From Oscillospiraceae bacterium (GTDB taxonomy: Bacteria; Bacillota; Clostridia; Oscillospirales; Acutalibacteraceae), in the NCBI GenBank assembly GCA_031268405.1, contig JAIRXF010000009.1, forward strand, positions 21,053-85,052: DNA of 64,000 nt. Direction: 5' to 3'. Position numbers and translations under genes: made by a program. How positions within the stretch are numbered: the first letter of the stretch is position 1; each line of letters starts with the position of its first letter. Positions 54,236-64,000 of this stretch are shown here, in pieces. The notes beneath the pieces are model-generated. The model worked only from the letters and a program-made list of their open reading frames with translations. It searched no databases and had not been told where the DNA came from.

Positions 54236-54613
54236 CGAAAAGTTTGAGTAAAATACAGGGCTTTTTCACTGTAAAATTACATATAAGGAAATTTAAAAGT
54301 GGTGCTATATTATTTTGGCGATGATGCACCCCTGCTATTTTTTTACTTTTTAATAATATATGAAATATTTTCAATTGATTTTAATTTTTTGTGAAAATGA
54401 TATTTTGATTTTTGAGCAATTTTAATAAATATTTATTTTTTTGTTGCTACATTTTGTGACATTTTTATAAAATATTGATATGTAATAATGATATTAATCC
54501 AAAAATTGGTAAAATTTTTACCAGGTTGTATTCTAAAAAAGTGACGCAAATATTCACATTCGCATAAAAATAGGACAAAGCTTCATATAAATAGCAGAAA
54601 GTGGGGTGGCACT

Positions 54614-55492
54614 TTGGAGAGAGTTGTTTACGCAGATGTTCTTGTGAGCATCAATTTATTTGTAAGTTATTTTATTTTGCTCGCTGTGAGTAGGTTTTTA
54701 AATATAGAAGTGAAACGATTGAATTTGATTTTAGCTTCGCTGTTAGGTGGAGTTTATTCTCTTACAATATTCCTGCCACCAATGTCTATGTTTTTTTCTT
54801 TATTAATTAAATTAATCACACCAGCTACAATGTTGTTGGTGGTCTTCGGATTTCGAGATATTAAATTTTTTTTAAAAGCAATAACGACCTTTCATATGAT
54901 AAATTTTATTTTTTTAGGCGCGACGTTTTTATTGTGGAATTTTGTTTCCCCACCCGGCCTTTTTATGAAAAATGATGTTGTTTATATTAATATTTCGCCA
55001 ATATTTTTAGCTATTTCAACTTTTGTTAGTTACATTATATTTACACTGATGAACAAAGTAACTGGGCGGAAGGTTCCTGAAAAAATTTTTTTAAAAGTAG
55101 CGATAGGAATTGGTGGAAAGGAGATCGAAATCAGAGCAAAAATTGATACCGGGAATACTCTTCGAGAACCATTTTCTTCATTGCCCGTCATGGTTGTGGA
55201 ATACGGACATATTCAAAATATAATTCCCGGAGAAATTAAAAGTTTTATAGATAATAGCAGTATATCTTCAAAATATTCTGAAGGAACCAGTGTAAATAGC
55301 AATACAAATTGTAGAATAGTTCCCTTTAAAGCAATATCTGGTGAGGGAATTTTGCCAGCATTCAAGCCCGATAAATTTTATCTTATAAATTCAGAAAAGC
55401 CGATTTTCAAAGAAGTTTATATTGCGGTTTGTAAAAAAGGAGTTCTCCCTCGAGAATTTGAAGCACTTGTTGGTGAAGAATTGGCGAATTAG
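54614..55492 (+). CDS. spoIIGA: sigma-E processing peptidase SpoIIGA
   Basis: A polytopic N-terminal half, then the aspartic protease motif KIDTGNTLREP. It lies immediately upstream of a pro-sigma gene. Confidence 0.88.
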   Translation: MERVVYADVLVSINLFVSYFILLAVSRFLNIEVKRLNLILASLLGGVYSLTIFLPPMSMFFSLLIKLITPATMLLVVFGFRDIKFFLKAITTFHMINFIFLGATFLLWNFVSPPGLFMKNDVVYINISPIFLAISTFVSYIIFTLMNKVTGRKVPEKIFLKVAIGIGGKEIEIRAKIDTGNTLREPFSSLPVMVVEYGHIQNIIPGEIKSFIDNSSISSKYSEGTSVNSNTNCRIVPFKAISGEGILPAFKPDKFYLINSEKPIFKEVYIAVCKKGVLPREFEALVGEELAN

Positions 55493-55593
55493 AAATTTAT
55501 TTTTGAGAATAACGCAGAATGAGATATGCAGTGTTTTATTTTTTTAAAAAATTATTGATGAGGAATTTATTTTAAGGTGGGGGGTTGTGTTGT

Positions 55594-56319
55594 ATGAAAA
55601 ATTTAAAAATTTTAGTTGCCGCATTAAGAGGTTTTTTTGTAACGATTTTTAGAAATTTTAAAATTTTAGAAGATTTACACTATGTGAATGGACCCGAAAC
55701 TTTACCTGCACCCTTGACTCAAAAAGAAGAAAAAGAAATAATGAATAGAATCTTGGAAGGCGAAGAAAATGCTAGAGAGCCCCTTATAACTCACAATCTT
55801 AGACTGGTTGTTTATATTGCCAAAAAATTTGATCCGAGCGGAGCGAATGTTGAGGATTTAATCTCCATAGGCACGGTGGGTTTGATAAAAGCGGTAAACA
55901 CGTTTAAGCCCGAGAAGAATATCAAGCTTGCAACTTATGCTTCTCGCTGCATTGAGAACGAAATTTTAATGCATTTAAGAAAAAACTCTCAAAACAAAAA
56001 TGAACTCTCAATCGACGAGCCACTCAATACAGATTGGGATGGAAATGAATTGTTGTTATCCGATATACTTGGTAGCAATCAAGATGTTATAGGACGTGAA
56101 ATTGAGCAAGATATGGAGTTTGGGTTGCTTTTAGATGCTGTCTCCAAGCTTTCAAATAGAGATAAAAACATAATGGAATTGCGTTTTGGGTTGGGCGGTA
56201 AAAAAGAACACACTCAAAAGGAAGTTGCAGATTTTTTGGGAATATCGCAGTCGTATATTTCGCGGCTTGAAAAAAAGATAATAGAAAGATTAAAAAAAGA
56301 TTTATATAAAGTTTGTTAG
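55594..56319 (+). CDS. sigE: RNA polymerase sporulation sigma factor E (pro-sigma-E)
   Basis: Pro-sequence [15 protein letters not shown]...[19 protein letters not shown], region 2 [12 protein letters not shown]...[13 protein letters not shown], and the region 4 [24 protein letters not shown]. Confidence 0.9.
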   Translation: MKNLKILVAALRGFFVTIFRNFKILEDLHYVNGPETLPAPLTQKEEKEIMNRILEGEENAREPLITHNLRLVVYIAKKFDPSGANVEDLISIGTVGLIKAVNTFKPEKNIKLATYASRCIENEILMHLRKNSQNKNELSIDEPLNTDWDGNELLLSDILGSNQDVIGREIEQDMEFGLLLDAVSKLSNRDKNIMELRFGLGGKKEHTQKEVADFLGISQSYISRLEKKIIERLKKDLYKVC

Positions 56320-56536
56320 TTTTGTTTAAAAAATTACTGAGCGGTAAGTTTGTAAAAAATTAAAATGTTTTGTTTTTTATAAATCTCTAAAATTTAATCT
56401 TAGTAAAATTTTTCTGCGATTAATTTGACCTAAAATTTGCAGTGTGCGATGCAGAATTTCTGTTGAGATACAAACCGATAAAAACAGGATTGTGAGCTGC
56501 AATTTATTTTCAGAAAGATTTATTAAGGAGGAATTT

Positions 56537-57565
56537 ATGGAGAAAAAAATAGAAGATATAAAAACTGATTTTGAGAATAAGTTAAAAGATATTTCTGATT
56601 CTACGGATTTAGAAAATTTAAGAGTAAAGTTTCTTGGGAAAAAAGGAATAGTAACAGAGATTTTTTCCCAAATGAAAAATTTAGGCCCCTTGGAGCGTAA
56701 AAAAATTGGCCCCTTTATTAACGTTCTTAAAAATTTTATTTTAAAAGAAATTCTTCAAAAAAAAGAAAAACTCAGAGGTTTTGATCTTGAAAAAATTGTT
56801 AATAGTTTGAAACCTTTTGATGTTTCTCGTCCAGCAAAGTTTGGCGGGGGGTCTTATCATCCTATTACTTTAATTCAAGAGGAAGTTGAAGAAATTTTTA
56901 GAAGCATGGGATTTATTATCGAAGAATTCCCCGAAGTCGTGGATGAATATCAATGTTTTGAATCGATTAATATTCCCGAACATCACCCCGCAAGAGATAT
57001 GCAAGATACCTATTATTTAAGTAATTCTAAAGTTTTAAAGACTCATACTTCTGCAGCGCAAAACGACATTATGAGAAAATATGGGGCTCCGTTAAAAGCC
57101 ATATTTCCCGGCAGATGTTTTCGAAATGAGTCTACGGATTCAAGTCACGAAACTACGTTTTTTCAGATGGAAGGAATGATGATAGACGATAATGTTTCTA
57201 TTTCAAATTTAATTTATTTTATGAAAATCATGCTATCTGAGGTTTTTAAAAAAGCAGTTAAAATTCGTTTAAGACCTGGGTTTTTCCCCTTTGTGGAACC
57301 CGGATTTGAACTTGACATAGAATGTTTAATTTGCGGAGGAAATGGATGTTCTTCGTGTAAAAATTCTGGCTGGATTGAGCTTTGCCCCTGTGGAATGATT
57401 CATCCAAACGTTTTAGAAATGGGCGGCATAGATAACAAAAAATATACAGGATTTGCTTTTGGGTTGGGTCTTACTAGATTGGCCATGATGAAATATTCAA
57501 TCAAAGATATAAGAGATTTTAACAGCGGAAATTTAGAGATTTTATCACAGTTTTTTAACGTTTAA
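56537..57565 (+). CDS. pheS: phenylalanine--tRNA ligase alpha subunit
   Basis: ATG at 56537 follows AAGGAGG. Motifs HPARDMQDTYY, FRNE..D..H...FHQ-like FRNESTDSSHETTFFQMEG, and GFAFGLGLTRLAM. Confidence 0.95.
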   Translation: MEKKIEDIKTDFENKLKDISDSTDLENLRVKFLGKKGIVTEIFSQMKNLGPLERKKIGPFINVLKNFILKEILQKKEKLRGFDLEKIVNSLKPFDVSRPAKFGGGSYHPITLIQEEVEEIFRSMGFIIEEFPEVVDEYQCFESINIPEHHPARDMQDTYYLSNSKVLKTHTSAAQNDIMRKYGAPLKAIFPGRCFRNESTDSSHETTFFQMEGMMIDDNVSISNLIYFMKIMLSEVFKKAVKIRLRPGFFPFVEPGFELDIECLICGGNGCSSCKNSGWIELCPCGMIHPNVLEMGGIDNKKYTGFAFGLGLTRLAMMKYSIKDIRDFNSGNLEILSQFFNV

Positions 57566-57568
57566 AAC

Positions 57569-58327
57569 TCAAACAAAACCCATTAAATCAGACATTGTGT
57601 AGAGTCCGGGGTCTTTTTGAATTATAAAAAGAGCAGCATTAATTGCGCCCGAAACAAACACCCTCTTTGATTGAGCGGAATGTTTTATACTTAGGATTTC
57701 GTTATTTCCCGCAAAGATTACTTCGTGTTCTCCCACTACAGATCCGCCTCTTATGCAACTTATACCTATCTCATTTTTGGCTCTAGGTTTTCGGTATGAA
57801 TGTCGGGTGTACACGTATTTTTGTTTATCCTTTTTCATCGACGACATGACATTGGCAAGCATCAAAGCGGTTCCGCTGGGTGCGTCTATCTTTTTATTAT
57901 GGTGACGTTCTATTATTTCTATATCGAATTCTCGATCCAGCACTCTGGTTATTTCTTTACAAATTCTCGTCATTAAATTTATGCTTATCGACATGTTTTC
58001 TGATAAAAAAATTGGTATTTCGGAAGAAGCTGATATGATTTTTTTATTCTGAGCATCCGAAAAACCCGTAGTGCAAATAACCGCTGGAAGTCTTTTTTTA
58101 GTGCAAAAATTTAAGATTTGCCAAATGAATTCGGGGTGAGAAAAATCGATTAAAACGTCAGCTCTTTTATCAATTTTATCCATTGAGGAGAATATTTTAA
58201 AATTTCCCATAAAATTTACCCTTTTATCAACGCCAGCAACCACAGTACAATCATCCCTATCGGCTACATACTCAGCGGTTGTTCGGCCCATTCTTCCATT
58301 TGCCCCCGTTATTATTATTTTCTTCAA
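57569..58327 (-). CDS. dapB: 4-hydroxy-tetrahydrodipicolinate reductase
   Basis: MKKIIITGANGRMGR and ERHHNKKIDAPSGTAL. Confidence 0.92.
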   Translation of the reverse strand: MKKIIITGANGRMGRTTAEYVADRDDCTVVAGVDKRVNFMGNFKIFSSMDKIDKRADVLIDFSHPEFIWQILNFCTKKRLPAVICTTGFSDAQNKKIISASSEIPIFLSENMSISINLMTRICKEITRVLDREFDIEIIERHHNKKIDAPSGTALMLANVMSSMKKDKQKYVYTRHSYRKPRAKNEIGISCIRGGSVVGEHEVIFAGNNEILSIKHSAQSKRVFVSGAINAALFIIQKDPGLYTMSDLMGFV

Positions 58328-58526
58328 ACTTATTGCCTCCTAAATAGATTCAAATATATTTTAGGGTTTATTTTATTTAAAAATCAATGCATAAATTATT
58401 TTTGTCAGGAGATTTTACGTCAAGCTTTATTGCCTAAAAATAAATTCTAAGTATATTTTACGAGCGGCAGAGAACAATGAACATCGTGGACTTTGTACAT
58501 CAGAATTTTTTTAAGGAGATATTTTA

Positions 58527-58706
58527 ATGGATAAAAAACATCAGGGAAATAGCGGATCGAAAAAATTACAAGCTCTTGATGAAGAGAGTTTGGGAGAAGT
58601 TTTTGGAGGTTTTGAAAATGCTACACTTCAAGCCCAAAAAAAACTTGGAAAGTATCCAGAGTTTAAAAGAGATGATACAAAATTTAATGATAGAAAAGAT
58701 AAGTAG
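58527..58706 (+). CDS. 59-aa peptide precursor with double-glycine (GG) leader; not in the supplied ORF track (below its 60-aa cutoff)
   Basis: AAGGAGA (58513-58519) lies 7 nt before the ATG. Translation: MDKKHQGNSGSKKLQALDEESLGEVFGG|FENATLQAQKKLGKYPEFKRDDTKFNDRKDK. Hydrophobic residues sit at -4, -7, -12 and -15 relative to the GG. Confidence 0.5.
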   Translation: MDKKHQGNSGSKKLQALDEESLGEVFGGFENATLQAQKKLGKYPEFKRDDTKFNDRKDK

Positions 58707-58738
58707 GGGTTTGTATTTTTGCTTGAGGGGGATTTTTT

Positions 58739-59605
58739 ATGAGCGAAGATGTCTTCAAATCTCTGGGGGCTGATGGGGAAACTTTAAGAGAGTTAGAAGA
58801 ATACACCGCTAACAGATTTCAAAAAGCCGACGATATTCCGGAAAAAATTGAAGAAGAACCCTTTATAGAATCCTGGAGGGATATAATTTCTCAAGCCAAA
58901 AATGTAGGAGTAAAAAAAGCATTAAACGACAATATGTCTCATGGCGAAGAAGATATAATCTTAAAAAACCCCGATAATGTCAAAATAGAAATTTACAACT
59001 CCTTTGCGGGTCCTATTCCCATTATATACATTTTGGACGTTTTGGATTTTGAAGAGATAGTAACAAAACTTGTTCACAAAGGGAAAAGGCCTGTTGGCAT
59101 AGAAAGAACTGGTGCGGCTTTTGTATATGGAAATAACAACAGATTTATAATATTATCCAACAAACCGTATAGTAATATTCCGGCAGAGAAATTACAGCTG
59201 GATGCAGATAAATGGAAGTCTCTCTCACTTATTATAAGGCGAGAACACGAATGCACGCATTATTTTACAAATCGTTTTTTGAATAATTCCAGCAACAACA
59301 TGCATGACGAAATTGTGGCGGATTTTGCTGGAATATTTTCTGCCGATGGGAATTATCACGCTTATTGGTTTTTGGCCGGTATGGGGTTAGACAAATATCC
59401 CCAGGTTCAAAGTGAAGGGAGATTTCCGGTATATACCAAAAATCTTTCCGATGAAACAAAAGAAATCTTAAAAAAAATGACGGTTAAAATAGCCAATAAT
59501 TTGGAGAAGTGGTCAAATAAACAAGAGGTGAGAAAAATGTCCTTGAGAGATAAAATATTGTTTCTGTGTGGCAACAGTTTAGTTGATCTTTACGAGTTAA
59601 TCTAA
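58739..59605 (+). CDS. uncharacterised 288-aa protein with HExxH motif (putative zinc metallohydrolase)
   Basis: GAGGGGG lies 8 nt before the ATG. HECTH is at aa 170-174 (nt 59246-59260), followed by NMHDE 13 residues later. No family recognised. Confidence 0.6.
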   Translation: MSEDVFKSLGADGETLRELEEYTANRFQKADDIPEKIEEEPFIESWRDIISQAKNVGVKKALNDNMSHGEEDIILKNPDNVKIEIYNSFAGPIPIIYILDVLDFEEIVTKLVHKGKRPVGIERTGAAFVYGNNNRFIILSNKPYSNIPAEKLQLDADKWKSLSLIIRREHECTHYFTNRFLNNSSNNMHDEIVADFAGIFSADGNYHAYWFLAGMGLDKYPQVQSEGRFPVYTKNLSDETKEILKKMTVKIANNLEKWSNKQEVRKMSLRDKILFLCGNSLVDLYELI

Positions 59606-60137
59606 AAATGCAAATTTTTTAAACCGATAGCGCTTTTATTGTTAGTTTTAAGCTTTTATCAAAGATTAAGACATCGTTCGAAAAATATAGAATGAGCAGA
59701 CAAAATACGATAAATTCACCGGTTAGCCCGAGTTAAAATCCCTTCACTGTACTTACGATAATGTTTCTATTTTAGTAACTTTTAATAAAGCATTAAAAAT
59801 CTTTTTTATGCCCTGTGTTTTGGTTTTACATATCTTTATATTTATGTATTTTCAAAAATTAAAAAGATCAGATAAAACAGCTGTTTTGCTGTATAACTAT
59901 TGAATCATGATTAATTAAAATGGACTAAAACTCCGTGCGTCCAAATGAGCCGCAAAAGTTTAAAAATCTTACAGTTACTCCGGCCCAATATTAAAATACG
60001 ACTAAAATAAAAAGCAAGCGATTTAAAAAGCTTTAAAGCATAATATTTTGTGTTTTCAGAAATTTACGTGCCCTTAATTAAATTTATTTAGTTAAAATTG
60101 CTGAATTTAAAATACCCAATGAGCTTAAAAATTTGTT

Positions 60138-60722
60138 TTAATCGTCTATGGTTTCAGCCTCATTTTTAAACAAAATATCGTTGTAAGCCTCAATACTATT
60201 GGGGTCTACTGCAGATCTTTTTTTTATAAGAGATTTTGTGGTGTATTCAATTCCCCTTATAACTGCGTCATCCAAAGAATTGTAAGCTACTCTGCGTATT
60301 TTTTCCACAGATTTATACTTACGGTCTTCTGAAATAAAGTCAGAAACGAATATAATCTTTTCAAATTTTGACATATTTCTTCTGCCACTGGTGTGATAAC
60401 GAATAGCGTTTAAGATGTCTTTGTCTTTGATGTTTAATTGGGTTTTAACAAAGACGTATCCAGAGATAGCGTGCCAAAGTTTGAAACTTTTCTGTTGTAC
60501 TTCCGTTAAAATTATTCCATGTTTTTCTATCAGTTGTTTTTGTTCTTCCCTGGGCATTTCTTTTGTAATATCGTGCAACAACCCCGCAATTTGAGCTTTT
60601 TCAAAATCACAATTGTATTTTTGTGCCAATTTTTTGGATTCTTTCGAAACGTTTAAACAATGTTCAAAACGCTCGGGACTTAATTTTGATTCCACAATTT
60701 TTTTGTAATCTTCTAAAAACAT
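60138..60722 (-). CDS. yqeK: HD-domain hydrolase YqeK (bis(5'-nucleosyl)-tetraphosphatase family)
   Basis: RFEHCLNVSKESKKLAQKY...AQIAGLLHDITKE and IRYHTSG. Confidence 0.8.
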   Translation of the reverse strand: MFLEDYKKIVESKLSPERFEHCLNVSKESKKLAQKYNCDFEKAQIAGLLHDITKEMPREEQKQLIEKHGIILTEVQQKSFKLWHAISGYVFVKTQLNIKDKDILNAIRYHTSGRRNMSKFEKIIFVSDFISEDRKYKSVEKIRRVAYNSLDDAVIRGIEYTTKSLIKKRSAVDPNSIEAYNDILFKNEAETIDD

Positions 60723-60994
60723 TTTTAACCTCTTTTTGAATCGATTTCACCAACAGTTTTTCCGAAATGTGGTGTCATATTCTTGTTTTTGCAAAGCTCT
60801 CCAAATTTCTTAATTATGTTTGCATAAATCTTTAATTTTGAAAAATTGAATTCTTTTTCAAAGTGTTTTACAAATCAAGAGGTAAATATCTACAGAGGGA
60901 ATTTTAGATTGCGATTTAGAAAGATCTATAAAATTATAAATTGTTGATTGGGATTTTAAATTATAGCAAGTTTTGAAAAATGCTTAACCGATTT

Positions 60995-61906
60995 TTACAA
61001 AATCGCATTAACAAATTCTTCGGCAGAAAAGGTTTGCAAATCATCTATTTGTTCGCCCACTCCAATGAATTTAACAGGTACACCGAGTTCTTGCTTTACA
61101 GCAATTACCATTCCGCCCTTCGCGGTACTATCCAGTTTTGTAAGCACAATTCCCGTGATATTGCTGACATTTCTAAATTCTCTGGCTTGATTTATAGCAT
61201 TTTGACCCGTGGTGGCGTCGAGTACTAAAAGTGTTTCTATATAGCTCTTTGGCAATTCTCTCTTAATTATTCTAAAAATTTTTTCAAGCTCTGACATTAA
61301 ATTTTTTTTATTATGAAGTCTTCCGGCAGTATCACAAATAATTACGTCTTTATTTCTAGATTTCGCTGCGTGAATTGTATCAAACACAACAGCTGCCGGA
61401 TCAGAACCTTCTTGTTGTTTTATTATGTCCACACCGGCACGATCGGTCCAGATTTCCAATTGTTTTATTGCGGCAGCGCGAAAAGTATCTGCAGCAGCCA
61501 CTATCACATTTTTCCCCTGCTTCTTTAAATTAAACGCAATTTTTCCTATACTTGTTGTTTTTCCAACACCATTTACACCCACAATCAAAATCACAGAAGG
61601 TTTACTGTGAATATTCAAATCTTCTTCATTATCAAGAATTTCTACAAGAATTTCTTTTAGACCAGATTTAAGTTCCTCGGTGTTTTTTATTTTATCTTTT
61701 TTAGCTTTTTGACGCAATTTATCGCAAATAAAACCCGAAGTCTTAACTCCAACGTCCGATAAAATAAGCAATTCTTCAAGTTCCTCTAAAAGTTCCTCAT
61801 TAACTCCAGAAAAATTGTTAAGCAATCCCCCAATTTGTTGTTTAATTCCCTCTTTGGTTTTACGAAGCCCGTCTTTAATTTTGGAAAATACTCCCAAGTT
61901 GTTCAC
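60995..61906 (-). CDS. ftsY: signal recognition particle receptor FtsY
   Basis: [47 protein letters not shown]. Confidence 0.95.
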   Translation of the reverse strand: MNNLGVFSKIKDGLRKTKEGIKQQIGGLLNNFSGVNEELLEELEELLILSDVGVKTSGFICDKLRQKAKKDKIKNTEELKSGLKEILVEILDNEEDLNIHSKPSVILIVGVNGVGKTTSIGKIAFNLKKQGKNVIVAAADTFRAAAIKQLEIWTDRAGVDIIKQQEGSDPAAVVFDTIHAAKSRNKDVIICDTAGRLHNKKNLMSELEKIFRIIKRELPKSYIETLLVLDATTGQNAINQAREFRNVSNITGIVLTKLDSTAKGGMVIAVKQELGVPVKFIGVGEQIDDLQTFSAEEFVNAIL

Positions 61907-61943
61907 CCGATTTCTTTAGAACTAATTGTAATTTTTAGAATTT

Positions 61944-64000
61944 TTATTTCAATTTGTATATTATCTGTTTTGATTGCAAACAAGCAATTAAATCTTTTTT
62001 GGTTTCAATAAATAAATTTTCAAGATTTTTTGAATGTTCGATAGATACCGATTCAACCGTTGTTTTCATTGACATATTGTGTTCTGATCTATATTTTCTT
62101 GCTTTAAAAATTGAATCTTTAAGTTCTTCGCCAAATAGTATCATTTCTTTGTTAAAATTGATATTTTTTTCTAAGTTTTTTTCCCAAAAAAGCATATGGA
62201 TGGATTGCACGCCAGTAAAGCGATTGAGATTGCCATTTAAATAAATATATTCTGTCAAATGGGGAACGTATATCGCATACATTTTTAAAATATTTATTAA
62301 GCAATAGTAACACGCATATTGAGCAGATTGCCTTTCCTTTTCTCCGTGAATATCGGGTTGATACAGACGTTGTTTTACAATCTCTATATAATTATCGCAA
62401 AAATCTTTCCAAAAAAAATCGTCTATAACTCGCCTCGCAAGTCCAGTCTCGAAATTTTCCAAAAATTCCCCAGCTTCTAACATAACTTTGTTGGTTTTGT
62501 TTATAATCCAATCGTCAACTGGTTTGAGTTTAGTAGGTTTTGAGGATAGATCAAAATCCTCCAGGTGAGAAATAATAAATTTAGAGCAATTCCATAATTT
62601 TGTTGTGAAACGCCTTGCATCTTTCATATCGTTGATGTCAAAAAAAACATCAGTCCCAAGTTTAGTTCCGGCTGCCCAGTATCTTAAAATATCGGCGGTG
62701 TTATTTTCTATGAGAAGCAGCGGATCAAATTTAGATTCCCCCTTGGATTTGCTGATTTTTTCACCACGTTTAGCAAGAACGAAGCCGCATATCATAATTT
62801 TTTTCCACGGTATTTTTTTTAGATGATATAAACTTTTAACTATTGTATAAAAAGTCCATGTTCTGATTATATCATGAGCTTGAGTGCGCATATTCATGGG
62901 TATAATTTTTTTGAAAAATTCCCCTTTTTCTAGATCTTCAATATTTTCAATATTTTTAATTTGGCTATTATTATTTATTAAATTCAATTTGTTAAGATTT
63001 ATTTGCGGAGTTAAAGAGGATGTTGCCCATGTGTCCATGACTGATTTTTCTGGAATAAATTCATTATTACCGCATTTTTCGCAGTTGTGTTCATACGAGG
63101 TTTTCATGGGATCTATTGGTAATTGATCCTTTTGAGCAAAATGAGGTTCATAACAATTGCTGCAATACCACACCGGAAAAGGAATTCCAGAATAGCGCTG
63201 ACGAGAAATGCACCAATCCCATTTTAAATTTTTAACCCAAGACGTATATCTTTTTTTCATACTTTTAGGGTGCCATTCTGTTTGATCCGCTGCCCTTATT
63301 AATTCGTCTTTTTTACTTAGTACATCTATGTACCATTGATTGGAATTTATTATTTCTATCTCGCGTCCGCATCTTTCATGTGTCGAAACGGTGTGTGTTA
63401 TATCTTCACTTTTTAAGAGAATTTTTTTTTCTTTCAGCAAATTTACTATTTCTTTTCTTGCATTTTTTATGCTTAAAGACCCTATAAACAAAACGTCTTG
63501 CTTTATTTTACCATATTTTGTGATCACGCTTTTGCAAGCAAGTTTTTTTTCGTTGTACCACTCTACATCCGTTGTATCTCCAAATGTGGAACACATAACA
63601 GCCCCCGTGCCCTTTTCCGGGTCAACCTTAGAATCCGATAAAATGGGAACTTCAAAATTGTAAAGAGGTATTTTTGCGGTTTTGCCCACGAATTCAGAAT
63701 AACGATGATCTTTGGGGTTTACAAATACACATACAACCGCGCAAAGCAACTCGGGTCTGGTGGTTGCAATTTCTAAGATTTTTTCGCCAACAGCAAAGGG
63801 GATATAGTAAAATTTAGAATCTGTGTCTTTGGAATCAAGCTCGGCTTGAGCAACCGAAGTATTACACAAAGTGCACCACAAAACAGGGCTTTCTTTCAGA
63901 TAAGCCTTGGATTTTTTAGCGAGTTCTATGAAAGAAATTTGAGAAATTTTACAAACTTCATCGCTGATCGTAGAATATTCAAGATCGAAATCATAAGAGA
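61944..64000 (-). CDS. valS: class I aminoacyl-tRNA ligase, most likely valine--tRNA ligase (5' end outside window)
   Basis: The frame stays open to base 64000. Motifs: WCTLCNTSVAQAEL, TTRPELL, GTGAVMCSTFGDTTD, DWCISRQRYSGIPFPVWYC, and the KMSKS-like KISKSKGES. Val versus Ile is judged from motif memory only. Confidence 0.65.
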   Translation of the reverse strand, partial: SYDFDLEYSTISDEVCKISQISFIELAKKSKAYLKESPVLWCTLCNTSVAQAELDSKDTDSKFYYIPFAVGEKILEIATTRPELLCAVVCVFVNPKDHRYSEFVGKTAKIPLYNFEVPILSDSKVDPEKGTGAVMCSTFGDTTDVEWYNEKKLACKSVITKYGKIKQDVLFIGSLSIKNARKEIVNLLKEKKILLKSEDITHTVSTHERCGREIEIINSNQWYIDVLSKKDELIRAADQTEWHPKSMKKRYTSWVKNLKWDWCISRQRYSGIPFPVWYCSNCYEPHFAQKDQLPIDPMKTSYEHNCEKCGNNEFIPEKSVMDTWATSSLTPQINLNKLNLINNNSQIKNIENIEDLEKGEFFKKIIPMNMRTQAHDIIRTWTFYTIVKSLYHLKKIPWKKIMICGFVLAKRGEKISKSKGESKFDPLLLIENNTADILRYWAAGTKLGTDVFFDINDMKDARRFTTKLWNCSKFIISHLEDFDLSSKPTKLKPVDDWIINKTNKVMLEAGEFLENFETGLARRVIDDFFWKDFCDNYIEIVKQRLYQPDIHGEKERQSAQYACYYCLINILKMYAIYVPHLTEYIYLNGNLNRFTGVQSIHMLFWEKNLEKNINFNKEMILFGEELKDSIFKARKYRSEHNMSMKTTVESVSIEHSKNLENLFIETKKDLIACLQSKQIIYKLK

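Noticed and set aside
56320-56536. A T-box riboswitch upstream of pheS.
   Set aside because: The leader is short (217 nt). I could find neither the conserved T-box 14-mer nor a terminator/antiterminator pair.
58576-58773. The 65-aa track ORF MMKRVWEKF...LQISGG.
   Set aside because: It has no RBS, overlaps both the RBS-preceded GG-leader ORF (58527-58706) and the start of the HExxH gene, and its composition is not protein-like. It is treated as an alternative-frame artefact.

Overview
This window looks like the origin-proximal region of a low-GC, endospore-forming Firmicute (Clostridia-like). All calls come from reading the sequence and ORF track and from remembered family motifs; no database search was run.

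Gene content in order:
- recF 3' end, a small zinc-ribbon membrane protein, gyrB and gyrA.
- A complete spoIIIAA-AH operon.
- fba, mecA, rny, spoVS, lgt, spoIID and murG.
- rsmA, a MacB/FtsX-type ABC exporter and hup.
- An eight-gene V/A-type ATPase operon.
- fmt, an oppBC-like permease pair and mazF.
- spoIIGA-sigE, pheS, dapB, yqeK, ftsY and a partial valS.

I recognised no rRNA gene, canonical tRNA, CRISPR array, transposase or integrase. By rough tally of the spacers, about one fifth of the window is non-coding. Spacers are strongly T+G-rich on the + strand, which fits leading-strand skew.

Most interesting observations:
1. A membrane-anchored protein (46985-49018) has a C-terminal domain carrying the Cys box, QQD-like box and His box of eukaryotic ubiquitin-specific proteases (USP/UCH, MEROPS C19). 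A duplicated module of about 150 aa precedes it.
2. A 59-aa ORF missed by the ORF track (58527-58706) has a textbook double-glycine leader. An uncharacterised 288-aa HExxH protein follows it 32 nt downstream, and no C39 transporter is nearby.
3. A 1.44-kb ORF-free, GT-rich spacer between hup and the V-ATPase operon contains about 2.2 tandem copies of a 164-179 bp unit.
4. A degenerate tRNA-like element lies directly upstream of a zinc-ribbon gene.
5. An EndoA-like mazF has no antitoxin gene and sits next to spoIIGA-sigE, which lacks an adjacent sigG.
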